A stretch of DNA of 64,000 bases from Octopus vulgaris (Eukaryota). The position numbers and the translations under genes are program-made. The stretch spans positions 4,526,001 to 4,590,000 of the forward strand of contig OX597836.1 in NCBI GenBank assembly GCA_951406725.2, given 5' to 3'. A model generated the notes under the pieces. It had not been told where the DNA came from. It searched no databases and saw only the letters and a program-made list of their open reading frames with translations. This document shows positions 15,772 to 30,485 of this stretch, one piece after another (position 1 is the first letter of the stretch; each line of letters begins with the position of its first letter).

Positions 15772-16491
15772 TGTATATATGCATTTGTGCATACATAGAT
15801 ATTGTTTATATCTATATATATATATATACACACATACACGTCTGTGTGTGTGTATATGTGCGTGTATAAGTGTGCATGTGTGTGGGTGTATAATACAGAG
15901 TAATAATTCAAAGTGGTCAATGAGATATATATCAATAATCAAGATATTGAAGGCTATACTAAATGCCATACCAGATTAGTTACCAGATAACGAGATTGTC
16001 AACGCGACTTGGAAAGATAAATAAGAGCCTAGTGTTAATTCACTAACGCTGAATGGACACGGAGATATAATATTAAATGTTTCATATTAATTACACCCTT
16101 ACTGTTCTTTTCTGGAAACAAGAATGATTGATGCGATAGTTAAACACGTTTCTACCTCAACAGACGTCATCTGCACAACGATACACTGAATTCAATCCAC
16201 TTAATCATGACACTTGCGCATAAAGAAAAAGAAATTTGATCTCTCTCAACATACTTCGCTTAATTGAAAAGAGAAGAAGCAGTAATATGAAATGAAATAA
16301 TTACAAATAACGTAATAATGACAACAAAAATTGTAATTATACGCATAGAAACCCACTTTCATACATGGGCACGTATTTCTATAGATACAGGTTTTGTGTA
16401 AGAATTCCAATGTGAGAGCAAGATGTTGATTCTAAGATGACATCGAAGAGAAATAAATAAATCAATTGTGAAATATTAATGTACTTACAAC

Positions 16492-16840
16492 GTAAAGTAT
16501 ACTAGCCACCTCAATATGGCTAACCACTAAGGGTGGGTGTTACTGTAGCTTTTAGCCCCAGGAGATCATCGTCTCCAGCTGGCTTTAGGCACACTTTCTG
16601 TGCCCTTATGATATTTTCAAAGGGAGGTCGTCCCTCTCTCGTAAACCTAAGTGATACACACGGACTGCAATTTCGAGGTATTTGCCTCTTGTCAACGTAC
16701 GGTAATCACCTTTGCAAACACCATAAGTGCACAGAAAGTGTGCCTAAAGCCAGCTGCAGACGATGATCTCCTGGGGCTAAAAGCTACAGTACCACCCACA
16801 CTTAGTGGTTAGCCATATTAAGATGGCTAGTATATTTTAC
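16492..16840. mobile_element. MITE/foldback element with ~135-bp terminal inverted repeats
   Basis: gtaaagtatactagcc...ctgtgcccttatg is inverted as cataagtgcacag...ggctagtatattttac. AATGTACTTACA direct repeat at 16478-16489 and 16841-16852. Confidence 0.85.
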
Positions 16841-16929
16841 AATGTACTTACAGTTATATGTAAATATAGAATACACGCGCGCGCACACATATGTATACAC
16901 ACACACACATATATAAATATATATATATA

Positions 16930-17092
16930 AGGCTCAAGTGTGGCTGTGTGGTATGTAGCTTGTTTCCCTATCACATGGTTGCGGGTTCAGTCATAGTATG
17001 TGGTACCTTGGGCAAGTGTCTTCTACTATATCCTCGGGCCCAGCATAGCCTTGAGAGCGGATTTGGTAGATGGAAACTGAAAGAAACCCGTC

Positions 17093-17151
<59 letters not shown>

Positions 17152-17313
17152 TGTGTGTGTTTTTGTCCCTCACCCCCAACATCACTTGACAACCGATTCT
17201 GGCTTGTTACCGATAGAATAAGAATAAACCTGGGGTCGATTTGTTAGACTAAAGGCGGTGCTCAAGAATGGCTGCAGTCAAATGACTGAAACAAGCAAAA
17301 GAATAAAAGAATA
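16930..17313 (+). mobile_element. Full-length tRNA-head SINE (family A) with internal (TA)n
   Basis: A-box-like tggctgtgtgg, B-box-like ggttcagtc, core accttgggcaagtgtcttctac, tail ggcggtgctc..gcagtcaaatgactgaaac and (AAAAGAAT) repeats. Other copies are in the window. Confidence 0.8.
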
Positions 17314-17471
17314 ATAATGATAATAACAATAAACCTGAAGATGGGTTTAGTAGTAATCGTTATTTTGTATAACGTTCGTTTCGATCCATCCTTCAATCAA
17401 CATGTTATGCTGTAGCAATTTTCCAGTCCAAGTTTCATCAGGTACATCAATAGATAGAGGTTCGCCTCTCG

Positions 17472-17521
<50 letters not shown>

Positions 17522-17721
17522 GACGGGTTTCTTTCAGTTTCCATCTACCAAATCCGCTCTCAAGGCTATGCTGGGCCCGAGGATGTAGTAGAAGACACTT
17601 GCCCAAGGTATATATATATATATAGTTAATCCAAACAAGAAAACACAAAAAACACAAGAACACTAGGACGTGGAACAAATAAAGTATTATTGGACGCTCA
17701 GGAAAGCAGGGAAGAAGGAGG

Positions 17722-17756
17722 GTTTAACGTTTCGAGCGGAGCTCTTCGTCGGAAAC
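17722..17756 (-). ncRNA. Minimal hammerhead-like motif in a solo PLE pseudo-LTR fragment (17626-17810)
   Basis: GUUU-CCGACGA-AGAGC ucc GCUC-GAAA-CG-UU-AAAC. Confidence 0.6.
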
Positions 17757-17892
17757 ATAGGAGAAGGAAATATCCCGAGAAGGGAAGACAGAGGAAAAAA
17801 CTCGGGGCGAAAGATGTTTTGCTAACTACTTTAGATCAGGATGCGTATACAGAGATACGCACACACACACACGCACACAAAAAGACACGCAG

Positions 17893-17968
<76 letters not shown>

Positions 17969-17970
<2 letters not shown>

Positions 17971-18135
17971 GATGGAATTTTTTCAGTTTTCCGTCTACGA
18001 AATCCACTCACAAGGCCTTGGTCGACCCGAGGCTATAGTAGAAGACACTTGCTGAAGATGCCATGCAGTGAGACTGAACCCGGAAGAATGTCTTTGGTAA
18101 GCAATCTACTTAATCACACAACCAAACCTGCGACT
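17969..18135 (-). mobile_element. SINE family A 5' half
   Basis: Homologous to 16930-17095 and 46750-46917. Confidence 0.75.
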
Positions 18136-18174
18136 GCAAGCCACATCAACTTCATTTCACTTACAAATATATGC

Positions 18175-18296
<122 letters not shown>

Positions 18297-18661
18297 TTAT
18301 ATACATATACATTTATATACCTACTTATATATACACACATATATTTATATATATATATACGTATATATATATATACACACATACATACATACATACATAC
18401 ATACATACATACATACATACATACATGCACTCATATGTTTATGCATACATGCATTCGCGTGTGTACGGATTCCTGCATTTGTACCTGCTTCTCCATTTAT
18501 CTGATTGCAGGTATATCTCAGAGTCTCTATACTTCGTGCACACACTCAACACATTTGCCGCTGAAGACACGGTGGAAACATTTCATCAAAGGCATTCAAA
18601 ATAGATGTGGTGCATTATCTAAGGATTTTCTAATGTTTTATTTATTTATTTATTCAAGCGC

Positions 18662-18740
<79 letters not shown>

Positions 18741-18768
18741 GCTATTAATATTATTATTATTAATATCA

Positions 18769-18818
<50 letters not shown>

Positions 18819-18819
18819 A

Positions 18820-18872
<53 letters not shown>

Positions 18873-18882
18873 ATCATCATCA

Positions 18883-18938
<56 letters not shown>

Positions 18939-18956
18939 ATTGCTATTATTATTATT
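18662..18956. repeat. (ATT)n microsatellite
   Basis: Directly visible. Similar arrays at 9235-9402 and 20237-20455. Confidence 0.95.
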
Positions 18957-19319
18957 GTATATTTTTGAAATATTCTTCAGTTCTACTCCATTAATCGCAA
19001 ATCACAGATTTTGAATTATTCATTCCGAGAAATTTTATATATGAAAGAAAAAAAACCCACACTATACATACTTTTATTTCATGCTGATTGAATGAAATAA
19101 TGTAATGTGATTGTTATACACTCGTTTAAGATTGCACAATCACACACTCACATCCCCCTACACTCACACGCACACCACACACATATATGTATATATGAAT
19201 GTATACACAACACGCATATATAACAACCTGTTCGTATGAATACGTGTTATTCGCTTCATCGGGTGTATTTCAATCCCATTATATACGCACAAATATATGC
19301 ATGTATGTACTTATGTATA

Positions 19320-19354
<35 letters not shown>

Positions 19355-19496
19355 GCATATATGTATATATATATATATATATACTTATATATATACATGC
19401 ATATATATATATGCATGTATATATATATATATATATAAGTATATATATATACATGCATGTATATATATAAGTATATATATATGTGTATATATATGC

Positions 19497-19586
<90 letters not shown>

Positions 19587-19962
19587 GTATGTATATAGAA
19601 GCGCATCTGTTGAAATTTGTAACCAAAAAACGAATCAAATGATGGCTTAGCATATATTGTTTATTTAAAATTCTTTTGGAGTTTCGTTCAAATTGGATCA
19701 TCAGGGAAATATAATTTCTTTTATGTATCTGAAACTGGTTTTTATATGCAACCGAGTGTTTATTCTTTTGTGCAAGGGTATGATTTTATTGGTGGATTAT
19801 GTATATATGCATGCAGACAAATACGGCTGATACACAGACACACATAAATATATATGTATACATAGATACATACATACATACATACATACATACATACATA
19901 CGTACATACATACATAAATGTGTACATACAAACATAGACATACATACGCCCACATATAAAAG

Positions 19963-19996
<34 letters not shown>

Positions 19997-20065
19997 GAGC
20001 ACACACACGCAACCGCCTACACACACAACGCACACACTTACACACAAACGCACACACACACACAC

Positions 20066-20108
<43 letters not shown>

Positions 20109-20267
20109 TGTATATTTAAGTAGATACATATATACACAGATTTCGTGATATCAGTTAACAATTACAGTAATTTGTCTTTCTTTTCGCAGTAGCGAGCTTT
20201 CTACGTATACTATCTTTTGTTCGCAAATTATATTACACCATTACTATTACTATTATTATTATTATTA

Positions 20268-20370
<103 letters not shown>

Positions 20371-20479
20371 CATTATTATCATTATTATTATTATCATTAT
20401 TATTATTATTATTATCATTATTTTTATTGTTCTTATTGTTATTATCAACATTATATTGTTATCCAAATTCATTTAACAA

Positions 20480-20745
20480 GAATTCTTTGGTGGGGGTTTG
20501 GCGACAGTATGTCTCAAATCTCTAGCATTTTTCTAAGGATTTTAACAATATTGTTTTTTTCTAGGGTCAATAATTCACGTCTCCTTTCCAGAATCTCCCC
20601 AGCCCCTCCATGGGTAGCAGTTAAGGGTTTTGTTCCATGTGTACCAGTCACTCCCAAGAATAACATTTGCCTTATACTTCCAAAATCCCTTCAACTCTAC
20701 TTCCAGTTTCTGGTATTTCACAATTTCCCCGCCTCATCTCTGTAA
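20480..20745 (-). mobile_element. Decayed Dong/R4 endonuclease C-terminal fragment
   Basis: Minus strand IVKYQKLEVELKGFWKYKANVI...KILRKMLEI*. Its 3' end adjoins the (TTA)n array at 20237-20455. Confidence 0.6.
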
Positions 20746-21439
20746 TATTCCCGTTAGCAAATAATTTTGCAAAACTAATTATTTAATTTTCTTCTTTTAT
20801 TTTTGTTGTGTGCAATTTTATTTAGTATTTTTGTTTTAGTAATATGGTCGATACTTATGGTAAAATCTTGTAAAATCTTTTTATAGTCATCTATGCTCAG
20901 ACCGCGTTTATATTACCTTTCCGTTACAGCAAATGCACAAACTTGGCTAACATCTCATTGCACCAGTTATTATACTCTTTTTGTGCTAGCTTACTGCATT
21001 CATGTATGTGATGTAAAAGATTTCGATCTTTTGTCACAAACTTTGTGTTATCTGGGCTTTATTGTTATTTATCATTGTTAATTTGATTGTATGGAGTTGT
21101 TCGTCAGCGGTTAATATTAAACTTATTATTACTCTAGGTAAGGGCGCTCCGATAGGGGATAAGATTGTAGTGTCCCTGTCTTCCTCAGCATCCTCAGCAT
21201 CCACCGCATTTCTTTAAAATCATGGTAGAGGCTTTGGTTTCGAGACTATTCATGTCTAGAAACTGAGATTGGGGATAAGCAAGGAGATGCACCCCGTAGA
21301 AAATCCAGTTCCAAGATAGTCTCATGACATTGTTATTGATGTTGTTCTTGTTATTATCATCATTAGAAGAAGAGCATGATGTAGTAGTAGTAGTAGTAGC
21401 AGCGGCAGCAGCGGCAGCAGCAGCAGCAGCAGCAGTAGC

Positions 21440-21487
<48 letters not shown>

Positions 21488-21633
21488 CAAATATGTTAAA
21501 ATAAAATTGCAGAAATTCTTATAATCAAGTTTCATTTGTTTTTTTTTTACATAGTTCTTTTATTAGTACATATCTTTTTTACTATTTTCGGTGGAACGTT
21601 GCAACATCGTATGAATTGATTTCTACCAAGATG

Positions 21634-22752
<1,119 letters not shown>

Positions 22753-22899
22753 CATCTTACGTAAAACACTTTCATTCCAGTGAAAATAAGTGTACCAAAA
22801 CAAATCACAGCACATAACCCAAGGCACAGAGAGCTGGCTGCGCTTGGAAGTGTAGTGAAAATATGTGATAAAGATAAGAGTACTGAATAAAAATAATAA

Positions 22900-23887
22900 T
22901 TCTCTGCATTGGCCTTGAGGGCCGGGTACAAAACGAAACGGGGCAATATAATACAGGGGACAAGTATGATTCAGCAGAAAAGTTCGTGTATAAAAGTGAA
23001 ACAAGCCTCATTAACAACAAAAATCAATAATAAAATTCCCCAAACGTGCGGAAATCCATTTAAGGATCACCGAGGAACCTCACATGTCTTGGCTGTTCCG
23101 ACCGCGTACTGCACCTCAGGAAGTGCCTCTATCTTTCTTAATTCCACCCCCGGCTTACAAGCGTATGTGCATTGTAGGCCCGTTTATGATGGTCGTCACC
23201 GTAACATGCACTCATCTTTAAAAAAAATGCTGTTGGCGGGGTGCAGTACTTCTGTCTTCACACGCACTTTCCTTCTCAATTGGAATTTTAAAAATCGATA
23301 CGGGCTGGACCGAAGAGGCCGGTATGTATCTTCAGTCCTATCAACGTCGTCAACCACAGTACGTACTTCGCTATAATCACCAAAACCCTACCTTCCTCTA
23401 CCGGCCAAAAGATGGACACGCCTGATGACCGGATCCATCCGACATGCATCAATTGCTGTTCGATAAAGCTACAGAAGTAATTAATTTCGGAATAATGGAC
23501 GAATGCTTTCAGAACGGTTTCGTCTCCCTGAGCAAATCTCCGACAGATCTGACTTGATAGCAGTCCCGTGTCTGTAAAGCTTGTCTCCAACCGTTAGATC
23601 TGCCCGGTAGGACTGCCGGGCCAGATATTTCTGGAAATTTTTCATAGATCTCAGCCAAAAGTCTTCTGAAAAATGTCAGCTAACCGTTCACTTCCGACGC
23701 CTGGAGTTTACCCGAGGACATCGTCGAATTTGCTCACCACTAATCCTCTATAGAAATCAAATGTGAAATTTCCAACTACAGCAATTCCCGATTAACAGAA
23801 GGCTGTGAGCACTTGCCGATATTCTATTTGCAAAGTGCCCTTTCTCGGCTACGCTTGATCCAGGACAGTTGCTCCGTCAATGAGAGA
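22900..23887 (-). mobile_element. Decayed L1/Tx1-clade LINE 3' fragment
   Basis: Minus strand QSYRADLTVGDKLYRHG and a degenerate CCHC knuckle CRRFAQGDETVLKAFVHY, followed by a T-rich 3' UTR. Confidence 0.55.
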
Positions 23888-24398
23888 AACGTTTCTGCCA
23901 GCTCGCCGCATTTTATTAATAAAACAACAGCAACAACAATAATAACAATACTACCACTAATAATAATAGTGATATTTTATAGGATTGAGGTAACTCCTTC
24001 TTCCACGGGTTCAAAAAATAAACTTGTCAATCTGCTTCATTTTATAGTATACTTTATAGGAATGACGTAACTCAATCCTATAAAATAATTTTTTTAACCC
24101 GTGGAAGGCTCGCTAGATGCCAAAATATCGTTCACTTGATAACGATGGCACTCTTTTTTACTTTGTTTTGCTTTAATAATAATAATAATGATGATGATGA
24201 TGGTTTTAAATTATGGCACAACGCCACCGGTTCAGAGGAAGGAAGTCAATTACTGTCCATGAACGGTTATTTATTGTATCGACCCCGAAAGGATAAAAGT
24301 AGACCTTGCAGAAATTTGAACTCAGAACGTAAAGACAAATGAAATGTCGCTAAGCATGTTGTCCAGCGTGTTAATAGTCCTTTCATTCCACCGCCATG

Positions 24399-24462
<64 letters not shown>

Positions 24463-24485
24463 CTGCAGCAGAAGTAGTAGTAACA

Positions 24486-24532
<47 letters not shown>

Positions 24533-25068
24533 AAGAAGAAGAAGAAGAAGAAGAAGAAGAAGAAGAAGAAGAAGAAGAAGAAGGAGAAGAAGAAGAAGAA
24601 GAAGAATATTAATAACGGCATAACAACATGAGGACCAGAATAAACAATAAAAAAATAAATAAACAAAAATAGGATATAAAAAAAAACAACAAAAGAAAGC
24701 AATATTTCTTTTTTTTTAATATTAATGTTAATGTTCTTCCTGATTGTTGTTAGCACACTTCACTTAGTAATTGCATCATCATAGGCATCAGCATCATCAT
24801 CATCGTCATCGTCGTTGACGTCGTCGTCATCATCATCATCATCATCGTCGTCGTTATCGTCTTTCGTCGTCATCGAGTGATTGTGTTACGACTGTTATGA
24901 AAGGTCTAACGCTGTCATTAACGATGCAATCAAGTCAAAAGCGTCAATTAGCAAACGCCATTTGTCATCAGAAAATTCTGACAGGATGAAATGAAACAAA
25001 GTCGTAGAAGACAATACGCCACATATACATATATACACACATCTACATACATACAAACATATATACAT

Positions 25069-25100
<32 letters not shown>

Positions 25101-27664
25101 TTATACATATATATTTGTTCGTGTGTGCGTGTATATACACACACATATATATGCATATATTTATTCATACATATATATATACTTTTGTATATACAAATAT
25201 GTTTATATATATACATGTGTGTGTATGTATATATATATATACTTATATATATCTATGTGTGTGTGTGTGTATGTGTGTGTGCGCGTATGCATAGAAAAAA
25301 ATTAGAATAATTGAAACATGAAGCAAGGATAAAAAGAAATAAAATCAGTGAAAAAAATAACTAAAAAAGCTAAACTAATTTTAATTCCACAGAATTTGAA
25401 AGAAAAAAAATCGGAAATTTTATGCTTCGATTCTTGAAATGATTTTTTTTTAAATTTTATAATTTTAGTATTTATTTATTTACATTTTTCATTTCTTTGT
25501 TAGATTTCTCCTCATCTACTTCTTTCTTTTCCTCCATCTGTCTCTATATCTATCCTTCTCTCTCTTCTCTCTCCCTTTCTCCCTTTCTCTATTTTTCCTG
25601 TTCTTCCTTTCCTTTGAATTTCTTTGTACATCCGATTTCCTACTTCAAATCTTTTTTTTTTTTATTCTCAATTTTTATATTTCTTTCGTTTCTTTTTGTT
25701 CTTCTAGTTGCACTGCAACCGGGAAGTATACAACGATGAACTAAATACTGCCGCGAATTTCAGATCAACACTTTACTGACTCAGCAGTACAGATTCTCTC
25801 TCTGTCGATCTCGATTTCAAATTCTCTCTTACTTTCTTTTTCGATATTGATTTTTATAAACGGTACAAACAACCGCAAATTGTTGCTGGAAGGAAACAAT
25901 CCATTAAAACAATCCCACTACATATTAAGCATTTTTATAACCACTCTGGATGAGTAGGGGCAAAAACGACGCTTACTAAAATCTGAGTAAATTCTAAGCT
26001 GATAAATTAATTATTCACTGTATTTAATATGTATATTTTTATCACTTCACGAGTTGATTTCATGCTATAAAATAACTAAAATGTGTTACATACCATTCCT
26101 TTTTCAGCACTTGTCTAAGCCAATTAAGTTTTCACAGAAGAAAATCCTATGCAATATTACATCATTTGAAATCGATCCATATTCCTGCGTGGTTACGTTT
26201 ACTTAAATCTAACCATGTATCTGCTTGGATATTTTTACTTTACTTCAGGGTGCGTTTCAACCTGAATGCTTTGAGCGGGGTCCAGCCAATGAGCAGAGTT
26301 CGTGTTTGAAGTGTCATTAAGAATGTGAGTTCACATGTGGTCCCCGGTCGCATGCATACACCCGTTAAGATAGTAGGACTTACAATACCTCATCTGGTCG
26401 AATATCGAACGTTGTAGAATATTCGCTGACCAAACCACAGCCGATTATTGGAGCAGACGTAGATTAGGTTTGAAGAAGGTTCTAGAGAATGCATTAACAA
26501 AAAGTCTGAGCTGTTTCAGCACACCGGACACTGTCCCCTAATTTCAGAGGGCCTGCGCTATCGCTAAATAGTCGTCGAATACACTCGGCTCATCCCTCCT
26601 GCTTCGGCAAGCTAATTATAATCAACTATGAATGATTAAATTACAACAGGTATATATCCCATTGTTTGTATTATAGTGCATTGTTGTATCATTCGAAACA
26701 TTTTATTCTTTACAAACAAAATACAATGCTTCAAGCGAACTAGTATACTCTCTAAACTTAAAGTGTTTGTTGCGATATTATATTAAAGCGCTTTTTCAAA
26801 TCTCTATCATCTGCAACTAAACGGAGAAACTCATTTTTGTCAATGAGAATTGACGAAACTAAGTTATATAAGGGAACAGAATCTAACAATGTAAAGCTAA
26901 AGCGAAATAACTCAGAAACAATTGAAATATATCAGATGTTAATAGGTAAACAGATAGTTCCACTCACGGCAAAAAATCAATTCTCAGGGACCACATCAGA
27001 TGTGTAACATAAATATATCAAATTCACGAAGGGATATTGAAAAACAAAATAACGTTTGCTGACAAGGAAATATGTAAAACGTGAAATATTAAGAAAAACT
27101 AAAACAGCAAATCTAATTTGGAAGAGAACACAGTGCAAGAGAACAAGGATCAGGGAGGAAAATAAAAACACTCGATAATTCGATTAAATATGGAGTAAAA
27201 CTAAAGCGGGAAGAGGCTAAGTTGTAACGTGGACTCAAGCACAACGCTGTATGACAATAAAAATGAGTAAAACGAATGAAAAATACGTTAATAGATAAAA
27301 ATGATAGGAAAGAACTCTTAATGCCAACAGAAATGGATGTGCATAGTGATTTGGAAATACGATAGAGGAAATTAAACGACAAACTAAAGAGAGCAAAATA
27401 TGTGTGATGAAAAAGCAGAGCTTAATCGTAAAGATAACGGTTAGAAAAATACGCAGAAGGGGGAAATATAGTTATGAGAGCCTAGGTTTAGCTATGTTTT
27501 AAGTTTGCTAGCTTCTAAACAACTTCAGTATTGGTTTCAGCCTATCGTTAGGAGCATTCGCGATGTCGTATCCCAGAAGTTTTGGTTTCATCAATAGGTT
27601 TTGAGATGAAAATTGTAAACGAGACACGCAAGACTGCAAAGACCAAGTAATAATAACCAAAATA

Positions 27665-27918
27665 ATCTTATGTGCCCTTTTAAAGCCTAGCCAGGCTCAT
27701 GGACCCGGTTTCCCGGTATCAATGGCGTATGTGATCCTCAGCTGGATGGGACGCCAGTCCATCGCAGCGTTACTCATTTTTGCCAGCTGAGCGGACTGGA
27801 GCAACGTGAAATGAAGTGTTTTGCTCAAGAATACATCGCGTCGACCGGTCCAGGAATTGAAACCACAATCTTCCGATTATGATGCTGACACCCTAACTAC
27901 TAAGGCACGCGCCTCCAA
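27665..27918 (-). mobile_element. tRNA-head SINE family C
   Basis: Minus strand ggaggcgcgtgccttagtagttagggtgtcagc...ggtttcaattcctggaccg (A/B boxes). Related decayed copies at about 14755-15050 (+) and 4540-4655 (-). Confidence 0.7.
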
Positions 27919-28344
27919 AATAATAATCAAAACTATTACAATAGTGAAATAAGAAAGAAGTTAATTATAATACTGCTTGGAACAATGATATCAAAATTGT
28001 ACGAATGAGTGAGACATTCATGGATGATTGCGTATATGGAAGTGTATGTTTCATTATTAATACTTATCCAATTCACGAAGAGTAGAATTGCCAAACTCGA
28101 TGATACAATTTCCAAATTTATAGATCTAAATATTCAGATAGAATGAATAAAGAATACGGATATAATAATATCTTAGAGAAAGAACAGAAGTACAGTATGG
28201 TCAAATGGCAACGAGACGCCTGTGAACACATCATGGATACACATACAATTAGAGCACTTCAAAGTAGTGCTTATATTTTGTATAATTCTGTATATATTGG
28301 GCATCTTTTAATCACAGAGTACCGTATATCTGCATTGGAACAAC

Positions 28345-28755
28345 GAGGTAAACTGGCAGAAACCTTAGCACGCCAGGCGAAATGCGTAACCGTATTTCAT
28401 CTGCCGTTACGTTCTGAGTTCTAATTCCGCCGAGGTCCACTTTGCCTTTTATCTTTTCGGGGTCGATAAATTAAGTACCAGTTACGCACTGCGGTCGATA
28501 TAATCGACTTAATCCGTTTGTCTGTCCTTGTTTGTCCTCTTTGTGTTTAGCCCCTTGTGGGTAGTAAAGAAATAGGTATTTCGTTCTAAGTTCAAATTCC
28601 GCCCAGGTCGACTTTGTATTTCATCCTTTAGGGGGTCGATTAAATAAGTTCTAGTTGAGCACTGGGTTGATATAATCGACTTAATCTCTTTGTCTGTCCT
28701 TGTTTGTCCTCTTTGTGTTTAGCCCTTGTGGGCAATAAAGAAATAAAGAAATAAA
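28345..28755 (+). mobile_element. SINE family B with tandem duplication of its 3' part
   Basis: Head ggtaaactggcagaaaccttagcacgcc. The gttctgagttc...agccccttgtggg block occurs twice (about 28410-28575 and 28583-28750). Related decayed copies at 24200-24397 and 28940-29110 (minus). Confidence 0.7.
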
Positions 28756-29890
28756 TATCTGCATTGAAACTCGAAAGAGTTTTTTCTGAAAACTGTTAAC
28801 TGCTATAGTGTCAAGTTCTCTTTTTCGTCGTGTTAGATTCGATAGAGTTTGGAATGAGAACCGTCTCAGATATTGCAGTCAGTGAAAGAAGGGGCGTAAT
28901 AAATACAATAAAGGGTCCTCGCTCATTCTTCTACTGATTCCCCTAAATCCATATTTTCAGTTTGGTTATATTTTATTTTATCAACTCTAAAATATTGACA
29001 GGCAAATGTTGACCTCTGCAACATTTCAACTCAGACTCCACAGAGCTGCAACAAACACAGCGAAAAACTCATTTATCTCTGTAACAACCCGTCCACGTTG
29101 CCGCCTTCAATCACCAGTTATTTAATTAAATAAACTAAAGTAAAAGACATGAGCAGGAAAAAAATGTAAAACCCAGAAAGGTTTGTATACTGATAGTGCC
29201 TATTAATACGTCTCCAGGAAATGCAAAAAAGAAAATAAATCGAGAGATAAAATCGGAGGAAAAAATCAATACTACTTTCTCAGAATAATATTAAATGGTT
29301 TTTCGATATAACATTGCTAAACGTTGGCTTTTATCAAGGGTGGTGGAAATAAAATAAACCAGTACACCATTATGATGTACTAGCAGAAGTGATAGAGTAC
29401 CGGACAAATTATTTTGTTGCATTTGTTCCGGGTGATTGTGTTCTGAATATTTAAATGTTTCATTTCGTCAAAGTCTGTTCCTTGTATAGCATTAGCAGAC
29501 TTCACGCTGTGGTTTGCAATCATTCAAGCCAGAACTTCGGTTTTAGTTCGATACTTTTGTAATTATCTGTTACATGTTAAAAAAAAATCAGGTGGGGTTA
29601 TGACGATGCGGTTCAGTTCCTTGTCATCTTGTACAAAAGGCCCAGCAAATAATTTTACCACGTTTAGGTGTGCTGGATGTCATATATGGATTTATATTGA
29701 ATTAAGAAATTATATTCGTTAAATAAATACTCAAGCTCTAAAACCAGCGAGGGGTGTGATTGACGCTGTTTTATTTAATTATTAGATCATTAAATACTTC
29801 TTGCATAAATATTCGTACATATTTTACCTTTCTCGTGAGGTCATATAAACACGTATAAACGGGTTGCGTATATATACATATTATTGCATC

Positions 29891-30156
29891 AGGGGAGAGT
29901 CATTCTCTTTTAGTGCCCTATAATTAACACGCTCATCGGTCAAATTTCCACTGAATAAAAGAACATAAAAAATAATTTAAAAATTGCAATTTTTTTTATT
30001 TTAAAAACCGAAGAAAACAAGAAATAAGTGAAAATGTTACTGGTAAGTGTGTTAAATTATAAGGCACTAAAAGAGAATGACTCTCCACAGACAAAAGAGA
30101 ATATGCTTCAACACACGAACTCATACACAGAATCTTGCAAGCCAAATTCAAAAACG
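29891..30156 (+). repeat. Palindromic repeat family, copy 2
   Basis: Same arms (ggagagtcattctcttttagtgcc / ggcactaaaagagaatgactctcc) and same tail as 14220-14470. Confidence 0.75.
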
Positions 30157-30165
30157 AAATATATG

Positions 30166-30220
<55 letters not shown>

Positions 30221-30224
30221 ATTT

Positions 30225-30485
30225 CCATGGCTGCTACATGAGGGTGCTACACGGGAACGCTGAGGATGGCTCTGAATAATAATTAGTACACACTTAGGAT
30301 GAAGAACTCAGAGCTGTACAAGAGCCTCCCTCTTGTTAGGTCGAAAATACCAGAGAGGGAGATTAGCTGGACATACTCACCGTCATTCAGGATTGAAATT
30401 GCACTCAGTGCTCCCGTGGGAGCCCCTACACGGACACACTAAAAGTAGGAGAGTGAGGATGACACATACGGATGCCCTACGGTTC
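30225..30485 (+). mobile_element. Decayed RTE-like LINE C-terminal fragment
   Basis: GCYTGTLRMALN..., ELYKSLP, GRLAGHTHRH, LPWEPLHG..SRR..THTDAL match the RTE-type post-RT region. Confidence 0.6.

Noticed and set aside
17335-17470. CTGAAGA / CTGATGA motifs
   Set aside because: Could not build complete stems I-III around either core.
25680-25800. Polypyrimidine tract + AG acceptor on the + strand
   Set aside because: No convincing open frame with a matching donor; such tracts are common here.
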